The notes under the pieces are model-generated. The model saw nothing but the letters and a program-made list of their open reading frames with translations, was not told where the DNA came from and did not search any database. The position numbers were made by a program, and so were the translations under genes. Positions 45,870 to 54,702 of a stretch of DNA of 64,000 nucleotides are shown one piece after another. How positions within the stretch are numbered: the first letter of the stretch is position 1; the number at the start of each line of letters is the position of its first letter. This DNA is from Streptomyces silvisoli. GTDB lineage: Bacteria; Actinomycetota; Actinomycetes; Streptomycetales; Streptomycetaceae. The stretch lies in the NCBI RefSeq assembly GCF_029269905.1, contig NZ_JARJBC010000022.1:31671-95670 (forward strand). The letters run 5' to 3'.

Positions 45870-45938
45870 CGCGCCCTGACGGCCCGCGCGGCATCGGATG
45901 CTTCGACCACCAATCCGCGATAGACACAGGGAAGACTC

Positions 45939-46343
45939 GTGCCCGGAATCGAAGAGTGCCTGTCCGACGCGATGACGCTGCCGGGCGCGCGCGGCGCCGC
46001 CATCGTCGACTGGAGCAGCGGACTCGCCCTCGGCACCGCCGGGGACGCGCCAGGTGGCGAACACGAGGTAACCGCCGTGGAAGCGGCGGAACTTGCCCGG
46101 TTGGCCACCGAGCAGACGGCCTTTCGACCACCGGTGGACGCCGCAGCGGAGGTGCGCTGCGCCAGCCCCTTCGTGGAGGACGTCATCGTCACAACACGTA
46201 CGGACTTCCACGTACTGCGGTTCATCGAGACCAGCTTTGACGGCAGTGTCTTCCTGCACCTGTGGCTTGACCGCCACGAGGGCAACCTGGCCCTGGCCCG
46301 CTTACGCCTTCGGAGCCTGGCGACGGAGTTGGTGCTGGTATGA
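45939..46343 (+). CDS. Roadblock/LC7-domain protein (CvnB-like) 1
   Basis: LSDAMTLPGARGAAIVDWSSGLALGTAG...NLALARLRL is a roadblock fold. 4-bp overlap with the next gene. Confidence 0.7.
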   Translation: MPGIEECLSDAMTLPGARGAAIVDWSSGLALGTAGDAPGGEHEVTAVEAAELARLATEQTAFRPPVDAAAEVRCASPFVEDVIVTTRTDFHVLRFIETSFDGSVFLHLWLDRHEGNLALARLRLRSLATELVLV

Positions 46344-47101
46344 CGTCCAGTACGACTGCGAGCCTGTTACGGCTCGCGGCAGAACGCGCCACCGGCGCCC
46401 TGATGGGTAGGGCTGGAACGCTGTTTCTCGTGGACGGCGCGGTGGTGCACGCCGAGAGCCCGGCCGCCACCGGAGTCGACGTCCTGCTGACCACCGGCGG
46501 GCGGCTCGCCTATGACAGCTGGCAAGCCGCGGTCGATCAGGCCGGGGCACGTCGCAGCGTCGGCCGCTTCCTGGCGGACAGCGGTCTACTGGCCGTCGGC
46601 GAGCTGGAGATATGCCACTTATCCGCACTCTTCGACGCCAGCTACTTCGTTCTGAGCGATAAGGGCGCCACACGCTTCCGCCACGGCGCCGAGCACTGGT
46701 TCGGTCCACTACGTCCCGTGCGCGCGAGCCTGGTCGAACGGGAGAGCCGGCGCTGCAGACAACTGCTGGAGAACCTGTGGCCCTTTCCGCAGGTGGACAC
46801 CGAACCCGTGATGCCACGCCGGGTCGCCGAGTCTCCCGCGCTCAGCCACCGTTCACGTCAAGTGCTCGACCTCGCGAACGGCGAGCTCACCGCCAGCCGC
46901 ATCGCTCAACTACTGGGCCGCCCCGCGTTCCACGTCCTGGTCGACGTACGGCGGCTGGCCGCCATGGGGCTGGTCGACACGCCGTCCGCCACACCGCCGC
47001 GTCCCGTCGCCCCTGTGGGGCCCTGGACCGCCGATACCCCGGTCGATCCCGATGTGGAGTTGCTGCGCCGGGTCCGCGACGCCTTGGAGGCAAGACTGTG
47101 A
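46340..47101 (+). CDS. DUF742-like (CvnC-like) HTH protein with an extended N-terminal domain
   Basis: C-terminus ...RSRQVLDLANGELTASRIAQLLGRPAFHVLVDVRRLAAMGLVDT resembles the DUF742 winged-helix. The N-terminal 150 aa (GTLFLVDGAVVHAE...) is DUF4388-like. Call is tentative. Confidence 0.5.
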   Translation: MTSSTTASLLRLAAERATGALMGRAGTLFLVDGAVVHAESPAATGVDVLLTTGGRLAYDSWQAAVDQAGARRSVGRFLADSGLLAVGELEICHLSALFDASYFVLSDKGATRFRHGAEHWFGPLRPVRASLVERESRRCRQLLENLWPFPQVDTEPVMPRRVAESPALSHRSRQVLDLANGELTASRIAQLLGRPAFHVLVDVRRLAAMGLVDTPSATPPRPVAPVGPWTADTPVDPDVELLRRVRDALEARL

Positions 47102-47135
47102 AACGTGGTTGCGTCCGTTCGATGTCCGCGGCGTC

Positions 47136-47570
47136 ATGAGGCGCCTGTCGCGTCAAAGCGCCGAAGGGAAGCAGCACTTGACGGTGCCAGCAGCAGTGAG
47201 CGACGAGCTGCGCAGCCTGAGAGCGCGGGTACCGCACCTCACCGGGGCGCTGGTAGCGAGCGTCGACGGGTTCGTACTGGCCCGTGACGCGGCCACCTCC
47301 GAGGCGGAGGGCATCGCCGCGCTGACCGCTGTCGCCCTCGGGGTGGGGATACGACTCGCCGAGGTGACAGGGCAAGGCGGCTTCCGTGAACTGCTGGTGC
47401 GAGGTGAGCAGGGCTACGTCGCCACCTACGCGGCCGGAGCCTCGGCCGTGGTGACGGTACTGGCGCAAGCAAGCGTCAACGTCGGCCGACTCCATCTGGA
47501 GGCGCGCCGCTCCACCGTCCGCGTGGCGGAACTGGTCGACGCCGCACTCGCCCAGTCAGACAAGCCCTGA
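47136..47570 (+). CDS. Roadblock/LC7-domain protein 2
   Basis: VSDELRSLRARVPHLTGALVASVDGFVLARDAATSEAEGIAALTAVALGVG...; start at Met29 of ORF 47052..47570. Confidence 0.65.
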   Translation: MRRLSRQSAEGKQHLTVPAAVSDELRSLRARVPHLTGALVASVDGFVLARDAATSEAEGIAALTAVALGVGIRLAEVTGQGGFRELLVRGEQGYVATYAAGASAVVTVLAQASVNVGRLHLEARRSTVRVAELVDAALAQSDKP

Positions 47571-47662
47571 TGCGCCGTCAACCCACCGGGGGCTCGCGGC
47601 AGTCAACGCGGCTGCCTCGGAAGTATCAGGGGCATCTGCCAACGAAAGGAAGATCCCGCAAC

Positions 47663-48040
47663 ATGGCCAGTAACATCGAACCCATTCTGAAGGACGCGAT
47701 GACCTCCATCGAGGGCGCAATCGGCGTGGCGCTCGTGGACTACACAAGCGGTATGGCGCTGGGCACCATCGGCGGCGGCAAGGACCTGGACCTGACCGTC
47801 GCCGCCGCCGGCAACACGGACGTGGTCCGAGCCAAGGTCCGCACGATGGAGATGCTCGGCCTCAAGGACGAGATCGAGGACATCCTCATCACCCTGGGCA
47901 CCCAGTACCACCTCATCCGGCTGCTGAACAAGCGGCAGGGCCAGGGCATGTTCCTGTACCTGGCCCTGGACAAGGCACGTGCCAACCTGGCGATGGCCCG
48001 ACACCAACTGAAGGGCTACGAGGGCGAGTTGGAAGTCTGA
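47663..48040 (+). CDS. Roadblock/LC7-domain protein 3
   Basis: ILKDAMTSIEGAIGVALVDYTSGMALGTIGGG...NLAMARHQLKGY; SD aaaggaag before ATG 47663. Confidence 0.7.
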   Translation: MASNIEPILKDAMTSIEGAIGVALVDYTSGMALGTIGGGKDLDLTVAAAGNTDVVRAKVRTMEMLGLKDEIEDILITLGTQYHLIRLLNKRQGQGMFLYLALDKARANLAMARHQLKGYEGELEV

Positions 48041-48272
48041 CGCACAGCGGGAGATCGCCGCCGCGGCCCCTTGGACCGCGATACGGCGTCCCTCTCTCCG
48101 CCAGCCCGCCACCGGTGATGCCCGGTGGCCGCCAGGCGGTGTCAGACGGCAGGAAAGCGAAGGTCTGGCACCGCCGCGATGCGGAAGGGAACGGATCCGT
48201 GCGCGGATTCCAGCCCGCCTGGGGCGAGTTCAAGGGGCGGGAACAGGCGGCAGCAGGTCACGGGACAGCCGC

Positions 48273-48536
48273 TCAGGTGTCTTCCGGGTCATTGGCGTCG
48301 TGGACGAGCAACGCGATCTGGACGCGGTTGTTGAGACCGAGCTGGGCGAGAATCCGGGACACGTGTGCCTTCACTGTGGGAAGTGCCATGTGCAGCTTCT
48401 GGGAGATCTGTGCGTTGGAGTGCCCTTGTCCGATCGCCCGGGCCACTTCCCGCTCGCGTTCGGTCAGTGGTGCCAGGCGGGCCCGCGCGGTGGCGGCTCG
48501 GTCGTCCTGCCCGCTGTCGTTCGCGACTTGGCGCAT
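48273..48536 (-). pseudogene. Truncated NarL/FixJ-type response regulator: only the LuxR-type HTH output domain remains
   Basis: LTEREREVARAIGQGHSNAQISQKLHMALPTVKAHVSRILAQLGLNNRVQIALL is a LuxR HTH. The in-frame upstream stretch (..RLLGYDPAVTRQL) looks like the end of a receiver domain but is cut by a stop at about 48585. Confidence 0.5.
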
Positions 48537-48738
48537 GAGTTGGCGGGTGACCGCAGGGTCGTAGCCAAGCAGGCGGACGGGTCGTCAACTCCGCTGCATC
48601 GGGAGCCGTTTCGAGGACGGCGATGGTTGGGGAGAACGCCGTGATCGGCGTGCTGTGAGCGGCGTGGGGAACCTGGAACCCCAGGCCGTCGACACGCACC
48701 AGGGCGCTGGGCAGCCGACCTAGGGTAGGCGGCCGTCA

Positions 48739-49647
48739 ATGGCGTCGGACGAGGCCGTAGTCGGCTGTACAGGTGTGCTGCTTATCGGTACCCGCGGACC
48801 GGCGGGGGCCGGCCCTGGAGAGGTGCTGGCGCGGGTCAGAGGCGGCACCGAGACCTTCCTCGCCTGGTCCGCCGAGCCCCTGCCGAAGGGGGCGACCGTG
48901 CTCGTAGTCGAGTCCCGTGGCACGCGCCAGGTCGACGTCATCGAGTGGGCCGATCCGTTGGACGCGTTCGTCGGCGATGCCGACGCCGGGCACGGCAAGT
49001 TCGTGCTCCCGATCTTCCGTAAGACCCGCTTCCTGACGCTGGCGTTGCGCGAGGCGGAGGTCGCCGAGACCTGCGTGACCCGGCAGGGCATCGCGCTGAC
49101 CGTGCGCGCCGTGATCGCCTTCAAGGTCGGCAACGACACCGAGAGCATCGTCAACGTGGGCCAGCGGTTCCTCTCCGACCAGGACCAGATGTCGGTGCTG
49201 ACCGGCCGGATCTTCGCGGGTCACCTACGCTCCATCATCGGCTCAATGACGGTCGAGGAGATCGTCACCGAGCGGCAGAAGCTCGCCATCGAGGTGCTGG
49301 AGACCTCAATGGCGGAGATGGCGAAGATCGGTCTGATCGTCGACTCGTTGCAGATCCAGTCGATTGACGACGGCGACACCGGCTACATCGAGGCGATGTC
49401 CGCTCCGCACAAGGCGGACATTCAGCGGCAGGCCCAGATCGCCCAGGCACAGGCCACGCAGCAGTCGGTCGAGGCGCAGCAGGAGGTGGCGCGCAACCAG
49501 GCGGAGTACGCCCGGCAGACCGCCGTGGTGCAGGCGCAGTACAGCGCCGAGGTGGACCGCGCGCAGGCCCAGGCCGCGCAGGCCGGGCCGCTGGGGTCGA
49601 CCGACAACCGCGGCGACAAGGGCGGTGGCCCGGCCGACGCCCGGTAG
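48739..49647 (+). CDS. NfeD-like::SPFH fusion protein (flotillin paralogue lacking the long C-terminal coiled-coil)
   Basis: N-terminus VVGCTGVLLIGTRGPAGAGPGEVLARVRGGTETFLAWSAEPLPKGATVLVVESRG is paralogous to the NfeD-like gene at 31144. It is fused in frame to FVLPIFRKTRFLTLALREAEVAETCVTRQGIALTVRAVIAFKVGNDTESI...RIFAGHLRSIIGSMTVEEIVTERQKLA, an SPFH domain about 50% identical by eye to the flotillin at 31406. Ends after a short Gln/Ala stretch. Confidence 0.75.
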   Translation: MASDEAVVGCTGVLLIGTRGPAGAGPGEVLARVRGGTETFLAWSAEPLPKGATVLVVESRGTRQVDVIEWADPLDAFVGDADAGHGKFVLPIFRKTRFLTLALREAEVAETCVTRQGIALTVRAVIAFKVGNDTESIVNVGQRFLSDQDQMSVLTGRIFAGHLRSIIGSMTVEEIVTERQKLAIEVLETSMAEMAKIGLIVDSLQIQSIDDGDTGYIEAMSAPHKADIQRQAQIAQAQATQQSVEAQQEVARNQAEYARQTAVVQAQYSAEVDRAQAQAAQAGPLGSTDNRGDKGGGPADAR

Positions 49648-49851
49648 CGGGATCAGGCACGCGGAGCCCTACCGGATTTCCGGCGCTGAGGTGAAAGCTC
49701 CCGCCGGTGATCGTCAGGCTGCGGGATGTGGGGCGGTGGTGACGTCGTAGCCGAGTTACTGGGTGGCAGTCCGCTGCGGTTGGGTCAAGATGAACGCCCC
49801 GCATTTGCACCGGAGTTGGCGCGGACTGCCACCGCCACCCCCACAGAGATC

Positions 49852-50661
49852 TCATCGCACACAGTTTGACCGCGACTGGTCGTCGTCCGGCAGTACCCTC
49901 AGCTGCGCTTCGAAGCGGTAGCCCCCACTCGTGCCTTGGTCGGTGCCAAAGCCGAAGTGCACGGGGTACAGGCCTGGTTTCGTGCCGCACAGTACGGTCA
50001 CGTCCGCGGTGAAGGAGTGTGTCAGCTGCTCCAGGGAGGGGTGTTCGGCCTCTCGCCGGGTGTGCGGAGTTGCCTCGGTCAAGGCGGTCCGCGCACTGAA
50101 CGCGGGGGAAGTGATCACATCTCCGACCGCCGCGGTGGCGTTGACGCCCAGCGCGATATGGGCGCGACCGCCTGGTCGTACCGGCTCCATGGGACGCAGC
50201 AGCGGCCAGAGGCCTTCGGCGGTGTAGGGGGAAGGGTGCTCGCAGGCCGCGTTGCGATCGCCCGGCTGTATCCGCACCTTGGCCCACACGGCTGAGTCGC
50301 GATGCTCCCCGAGCAGATAGACGGGGTAGGTCCCCGGCTGGATGTCGCAGCGCACCGTGGCTGCTGCGGCATAGCTGGTCTTGGCGTTGTGGAGGGTCAC
50401 CGGTTCGGTGAAGGCCGGGGAGCGGACAGTGTCGTCCTGGTGTACGACGCCGTCGTTGGTGGATACCAACAGCGTGTCGCCGGGGCGTGTTTCGCGTGGC
50501 TGGACGGTGCCTTCTTCAGGCCAGAGATAGGGGTAGTCGAGGTCGGTCGGCGACGCCGAAGGCAAGGTTGCGACGGGCGCGGATAAGGGGCTGGCCGCGG
50601 CGAGGGAAAGAACGACGGCGGTCATCGCCGTCACCGCGGCGACGGTGCGGAAGAGGGCCAT
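49852..50661 (-). CDS. Secreted hypothetical protein with an internal duplication
   Basis: Signal peptide MALFRTVAAVTAMTAVVLSLAAASPLSAPVA. Two related modules: SPAFTEPVTLHNAKTSYAAAATVRCDIQPGTYPVYLLGEH and SPAFSARTALTE...FTADVTVLCGTKPGLYPVHFGFG. Confidence 0.5.
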   Translation of the reverse strand: MALFRTVAAVTAMTAVVLSLAAASPLSAPVATLPSASPTDLDYPYLWPEEGTVQPRETRPGDTLLVSTNDGVVHQDDTVRSPAFTEPVTLHNAKTSYAAAATVRCDIQPGTYPVYLLGEHRDSAVWAKVRIQPGDRNAACEHPSPYTAEGLWPLLRPMEPVRPGGRAHIALGVNATAAVGDVITSPAFSARTALTEATPHTRREAEHPSLEQLTHSFTADVTVLCGTKPGLYPVHFGFGTDQGTSGGYRFEAQLRVLPDDDQSRSNCVR

Positions 50662-50836
50662 GGGATCGAATCCTTCGCTTTCGTAGGTCCGGATGAGGCG
50701 GCATCTGGAGGTCAGCGCGCGCATGCTGTGCCTAGCTTGTCAACGTCCTCGCCCCACCGTCCCGCGCTCACACGAGCACAAAGGCGGCGGGGCGTTGCCA
50801 GCGCATCGTCCCTACCAACCCCAGGGAGCCGCCACC

Positions 50837-51295
50837 ATGTGCCGCACCACCCACCCCCTCTCCGCCGCCGCTGCCACCGTCACACTTGCCGCCTGCCTGT
50901 CCGCCTGGGCATCCAGCCCCCACCCCACCCAGCCGACACCGACATCCCCCACCACCGCCCCCGGAGCATCGAAGTCCGCAAGCGAAGCAGACCTGTTAAC
51001 CGCAGCACGCTTGAGCGCCCATCACGCCACGTTCGCCCACGCCACCCGCTCCGGCGACACCCACTGGTCCATCACCAAGGTCCACTTCCCCTCCGGCCAC
51101 TACACTCTGCGCACCTCCTGCGTTGGCAACGGCAGCGTGACAGCAACCGCCACCGGCAGCCCGCCCTGGAACGTCCAATGCGTCACCGGGCAGATCTCGG
51201 TCGATGAAGTCACCCAGCCTTCGGGCGACCAGCCGGTCGACTTCTCCTTCACGACAACGGCCGGGGTGCGTTTCGCAGTCGTCGCCATCGGCTAA
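50837..51295 (+). CDS. Putative lipoprotein
   Basis: MCRTTHPLSAAAATVTLAACLSAW: the lipobox L-A-A-C. SD agggag before ATG 50837. Ser/Thr/Pro-rich linker. Confidence 0.5.
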   Translation: MCRTTHPLSAAAATVTLAACLSAWASSPHPTQPTPTSPTTAPGASKSASEADLLTAARLSAHHATFAHATRSGDTHWSITKVHFPSGHYTLRTSCVGNGSVTATATGSPPWNVQCVTGQISVDEVTQPSGDQPVDFSFTTTAGVRFAVVAIG

Positions 51296-51470
51296 CGCGG
51301 CTACCAGGACAGCAGCCGGTTCCGTACCGCTCCGACGCATCGACAACTGCTCGGGTGCCGTGGTGAGTTCTGCGGCCGACGAACTCACCACGACAAGGAC
51401 TTCGCACGGCTCACAGGGTGAACGGAAATGCGGGGCCGTGACAGACACCGCACCGGTCACCCGAGGTCGA

Positions 51471-52004
51471 TCAGTTCAGCCCCAGGCTGGACTCGGCGGT
51501 CGTCCAGTCGTTGGCGATCGCCTGCCGGGCTTCGTCCAACGTGACTGTGTCGTTGCAGACCGCCCTCTTCAAATCGTTCTCCACCTTGTCCTTGTCGGCC
51601 GAAGTGCCCCCTCCTGCGTCGTACCGAGGCTCGGGCCACAAGTTGTTCGGGTCCTTGGGCGCGCCGCCGAGTTCCAGCGGGACGAGGTGGTCCTCCTCGT
51701 AGTCGGCGGTGGAGGTGTCGCTGTACCCGTAAGCCGCGATCTGCTGCACCTTGAGCCTGTTGGTGTACGAGGCGGGCGGCCGAACTGTGGACGTCCAGCC
51801 CGACACGCATATGGTGGAGTCGATGGTGTCCTGCGTGACGTCGGGATTGTATGCGCCCGGCGTACAGGACGGATCAGGCAGCGGCAGGTAGGACTGTGAG
51901 CAGGACGCAGTGGAGGCCTGCGCGGGGCGGGCACCGTAACCGACACCCGCGGATACCAGCGTCAAGGCGCAGGCGAACAGGGCGAGTTGATGTATTCGTG
52001 TCAT
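51471..52004 (-). CDS. Secreted HNH-like (DUF1524-type) nuclease candidate
   Basis: Signal peptide MTRIHQLALFACALTLVSAGVGYGARPAQA. ...YEEDHLVPLELGGAPKDPNNLWPEP...DKDKVENDLKRAVCN fits the D-H-x-x-P...GG...N-L pattern of HNH/DUF1524 nucleases. Confidence 0.4.
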   Translation of the reverse strand: MTRIHQLALFACALTLVSAGVGYGARPAQASTASCSQSYLPLPDPSCTPGAYNPDVTQDTIDSTICVSGWTSTVRPPASYTNRLKVQQIAAYGYSDTSTADYEEDHLVPLELGGAPKDPNNLWPEPRYDAGGGTSADKDKVENDLKRAVCNDTVTLDEARQAIANDWTTAESSLGLN

Positions 52005-52289
52005 GTGGGGGGATCTCTTCCACGAAGGTTCCGACCTCGGCGCCGGAAGTTGTGCACATGACACACTCGAAGGGGCTACGCGGGCAGACTCCGGGGCGTG
52101 AATTCCCTGCGACCGCCCCGCATCGGCGAAGCCAACACCCCGTACGGGAATAAACCACGGTGGGAGACGCTGTGCCGGGGCGAACTTCAGACGCACGGCA
52201 CCGCCATGTGCTCCAAAGGCTTGCGAGCGGCCGGATAGCCCCAATTTTGAACGCCAGTTCGTGGGAGCCTCCCCCCGGCGTGGGCCTGC

Positions 52290-52520
52290 CGCAGCACTAC
52301 CTTGGTGGCGGCCACGACACCCTGCTCGGGCTGGCTCAACTGTGCCTTGCTGCTCGCCGAATGGCCGAGCCGGTCCAGTTCTGGCTCTTCAGTCTGCCTC
52401 TGCGCGCCCCGATGACCACGCTCGTCCGGCTCGCGAAGCTCCGCTGGCGCATCGAGCACGACTATCGATACATGAGAGAGGCCCTGGGGCTTGCCTACAT
52501 CGCAACCTCTACATCAACGT
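52290..52520 (+). mobile_element. IS701-like (IS4-superfamily) transposase C-terminal fragment
   Basis: ...HYLGGGHDTLLGLAQLCLAARRMAEPVQFWLFSLPLRAPMTTLVRLAKLRWRIEHDYRYMREALGLAYI resembles the conserved YWL.TNLP...RW.IE..y.elK..lGLdh tail of IS701-group transposases. No upstream DDE part and no terminal inverted repeats. Confidence 0.4.
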
Positions 52521-52619
52521 AGGGCCCTCAAGAAGCCACGCGCCCACCCGGCCGCCTGTCCGCATCCGGCAGGGGCCGGCCCCGTGTAGATCAAGGGACA
52601 CACAACGGCTCCGCCGCCC

Positions 52620-53041
52620 GTGGACGAGTACACCGGCATGGCGAACCTCCAAGAGGCCTTCTACATCCTGCCAATCGGCGAGCACAACGGCGTCGCCATC
52701 CCAGAAGGGCCCGGCTGGGTCACCGTCACACCCGGCGGCAGCGTAACGATCGTAGCCGCCACCGAGTGGGACGCCTTGAAGATCACATTCGCTGTCTACG
52801 GCGAAGAACCTGAGCCCCTGCCCGGCGAATGGACCCACACCGAAGAATTCGCCTTCACCGCCAACGTCCACCCCGCCGCCTACACCAGCGGCACCTCCAC
52901 CTCCCGCATGTTCGAAAACCCCCTGCCGCCCCAGTACTTCTTCGCCCGCGAAGGGGAACCCCGTACCACTGGAACGCCCGGCTCCACGTCGCCGCCTACG
53001 AAGTCGAGGGACACGCTTTCCAGTTCTGGCCCCGCGGCTGA
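52620..53041 (+). pseudogene. Hypothetical gene, apparently frameshifted near 52970
   Basis: The first 115 codons have strong GC3 bias (MANLQEAFYILPIGEHNGVAIPEGPGWVTVTPGGSVTIVAATEWDALKITFAVYGEEPEPLPGEWTHTEEFAFTANVHP...). Coding-like signal then jumps to the +1 frame (...WNARLHVAAYEVEGHAFQFWPRG*). The rest of ORF 52620..53765 overlaps a better minus-strand gene. Confidence 0.25.
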
Positions 53042-53198
53042 CAGCTCCCACGCCCGAGAACGCGCCCGTCACGCCGTCCGGCTCGGCTCCCACACCCCCA
53101 TGTCCGGCAGCGTCACCACTCGCCGTCCGCCGCAACCGGGCCGGCCATCGCTCCCCACGGCTGGGCTGGCCGGCGGTCTGGCCGAGCCGTCGGCAACG

Positions 53199-53651
53199 TC
53201 ACCAGCGGTCGATGCCCATGGTCCGCGCCGCGTCGTGGATCGCCACGTAGTGGTAGGTCGACATGCCCGACCTCTTCACCGGAACGTTTCGGTCCTTGGC
53301 CCGGAACTCGTCCCGCGAGCAGGCCAGCAGGGTGGTGCCGTACCTGACCGGCACGTCGCGCGTGCCGTGGATGGGGTGCGACTTGGCTGCGGTCTCACTG
53401 CCAGCCCTTGCCAGGATGCTTCGGGCCTGGTTGTACGCGGCCGCACTGATCGTGTTCGGGTTCGCCGCCAGACGGGCGCCCGTCGCGTGGTCGCCGACGG
53501 TGTCCGACGCGGCAGAACGCGCGTTCAGCCTGCAAAATACCCTCGCCGCCTGGCCGCTCTTGGCAGTGGTGGCGCCCGCGGGCGAGACGGCTACAGCGAG
53601 GGCTGCCGCTGCGACCACAGCGGCGAGTCCCGCGCGAATGGCTACCTTCAT
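53199..53651 (-). CDS. Secreted hypothetical protein (149 aa)
   Basis: Signal peptide MKVAIRAGLAAVVAAAALAVAVSPAGATTA. SD aaagga before ATG 53651 (Met99 of ORF 53199..53945). Confidence 0.5.
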   Translation of the reverse strand: MKVAIRAGLAAVVAAAALAVAVSPAGATTAKSGQAARVFCRLNARSAASDTVGDHATGARLAANPNTISAAAYNQARSILARAGSETAAKSHPIHGTRDVPVRYGTTLLACSRDEFRAKDRNVPVKRSGMSTYHYVAIHDAARTMGIDRW

Positions 53652-53946
53652 GACTGCAAGTCCTTTCTGGTCGAGATACGAGTCCCTGGCGATTGTGCGT
53701 TCACGTCCCGGCAGACGGGGGCCGAACGCACAAGAGCGTTTGGCGAAACGCCTCGTTGGAGCTAAACAGCGAACGCGGCTTCGAGCGGACCGCCGCGACA
53801 GTAAGCGTCCTCCACTGAGGGGCGCACCGACCCACCCGACGCACCTCGCCACCCCGATGCCACCCCGCGACCGGAAAGCAGCTATCCCGGCCCGGCGACA
53901 AGCCCCGATCCTGATCACGTACATGCCAACGACACGAAGGAGCAAG

Positions 53947-54114
53947 ATGGCGCGACACCACCGCCGCAGCTACCGACGCAAAGACGGTACATTCGTTCGA
54001 GGCGCCAACGTCCGCGGCCGGAACCCCAAAACCGGCTGCCAGATGTGGATGATCGGAATGATCGGAATAGCCGCAGGAGTAGCAATCACCCGGCGGGCAG
54101 GGCATCGCCCCTGA
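53947..54114 (+). CDS. Small basic protein with a C-terminal TM helix (55 aa)
   Basis: Perfect SD aaggag 8 nt before the ATG. MARHHRRSYRRKDGTFVRGANVRGRNPKTGCQMWMIGMIGIAAGVAITRRAGHRP. Confidence 0.45.
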   Translation: MARHHRRSYRRKDGTFVRGANVRGRNPKTGCQMWMIGMIGIAAGVAITRRAGHRP

Positions 54115-54269
54115 CCCGACACGCACCGGCCCGCACAGCGGGCCGATGTGCCACCGTCGCCCTACCGCACCCCACACGATCCGCCGATCCGGCGCTCCCA
54201 TCCGTGTCACGGCGGGTAGTGCTCTTCAACAAAGCATTACGGACATACCCTCATGGTGTGAACCTGCGC

Positions 54270-54539
54270 ATGGACTGGTCATGGGAAGCAGATGGCATCG
54301 CGGGAGCCGAATTCGCGACCGTCGACGACGCCGTAACCACTCTCGCCCGCCACCTGGACCGAGCGGCAGCCCACTTCGGCACCGAGCGACAGACACGAGT
54401 AGCACAGGCGTGCCTGGCTCCAATGAGCGCCTACATGTGCACCGACGGAGTCCGTGCACTCACCCAGGGCCGCGAATGGACGCACGAATGCGGGGGACTA
54501 CGTGTGACACTGACCCCCGTCGAGGACCCGAAGGTCTGA
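54270..54539 (+). CDS. Hypothetical protein (89 aa)
   Basis: ORF with coding-like GC3 bias. No motif recognised. Confidence 0.25.
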   Translation: MDWSWEADGIAGAEFATVDDAVTTLARHLDRAAAHFGTERQTRVAQACLAPMSAYMCTDGVRALTQGREWTHECGGLRVTLTPVEDPKV

Positions 54540-54702
54540 CGCGACCACACCAGGCGGACGGGCCGCTACGCCGAGCTACCCGTCGTCCAGCACCAGGCTG
54601 ACCAGGGCTAACCTAAGGACTGTCCGGCGGGTCACGGACGGGCCAGATCGCTGCCAAACTTCAGTAACTCCGTGCGCTCTCGGCCGTCCGCATCCTGCCG
54701 AA

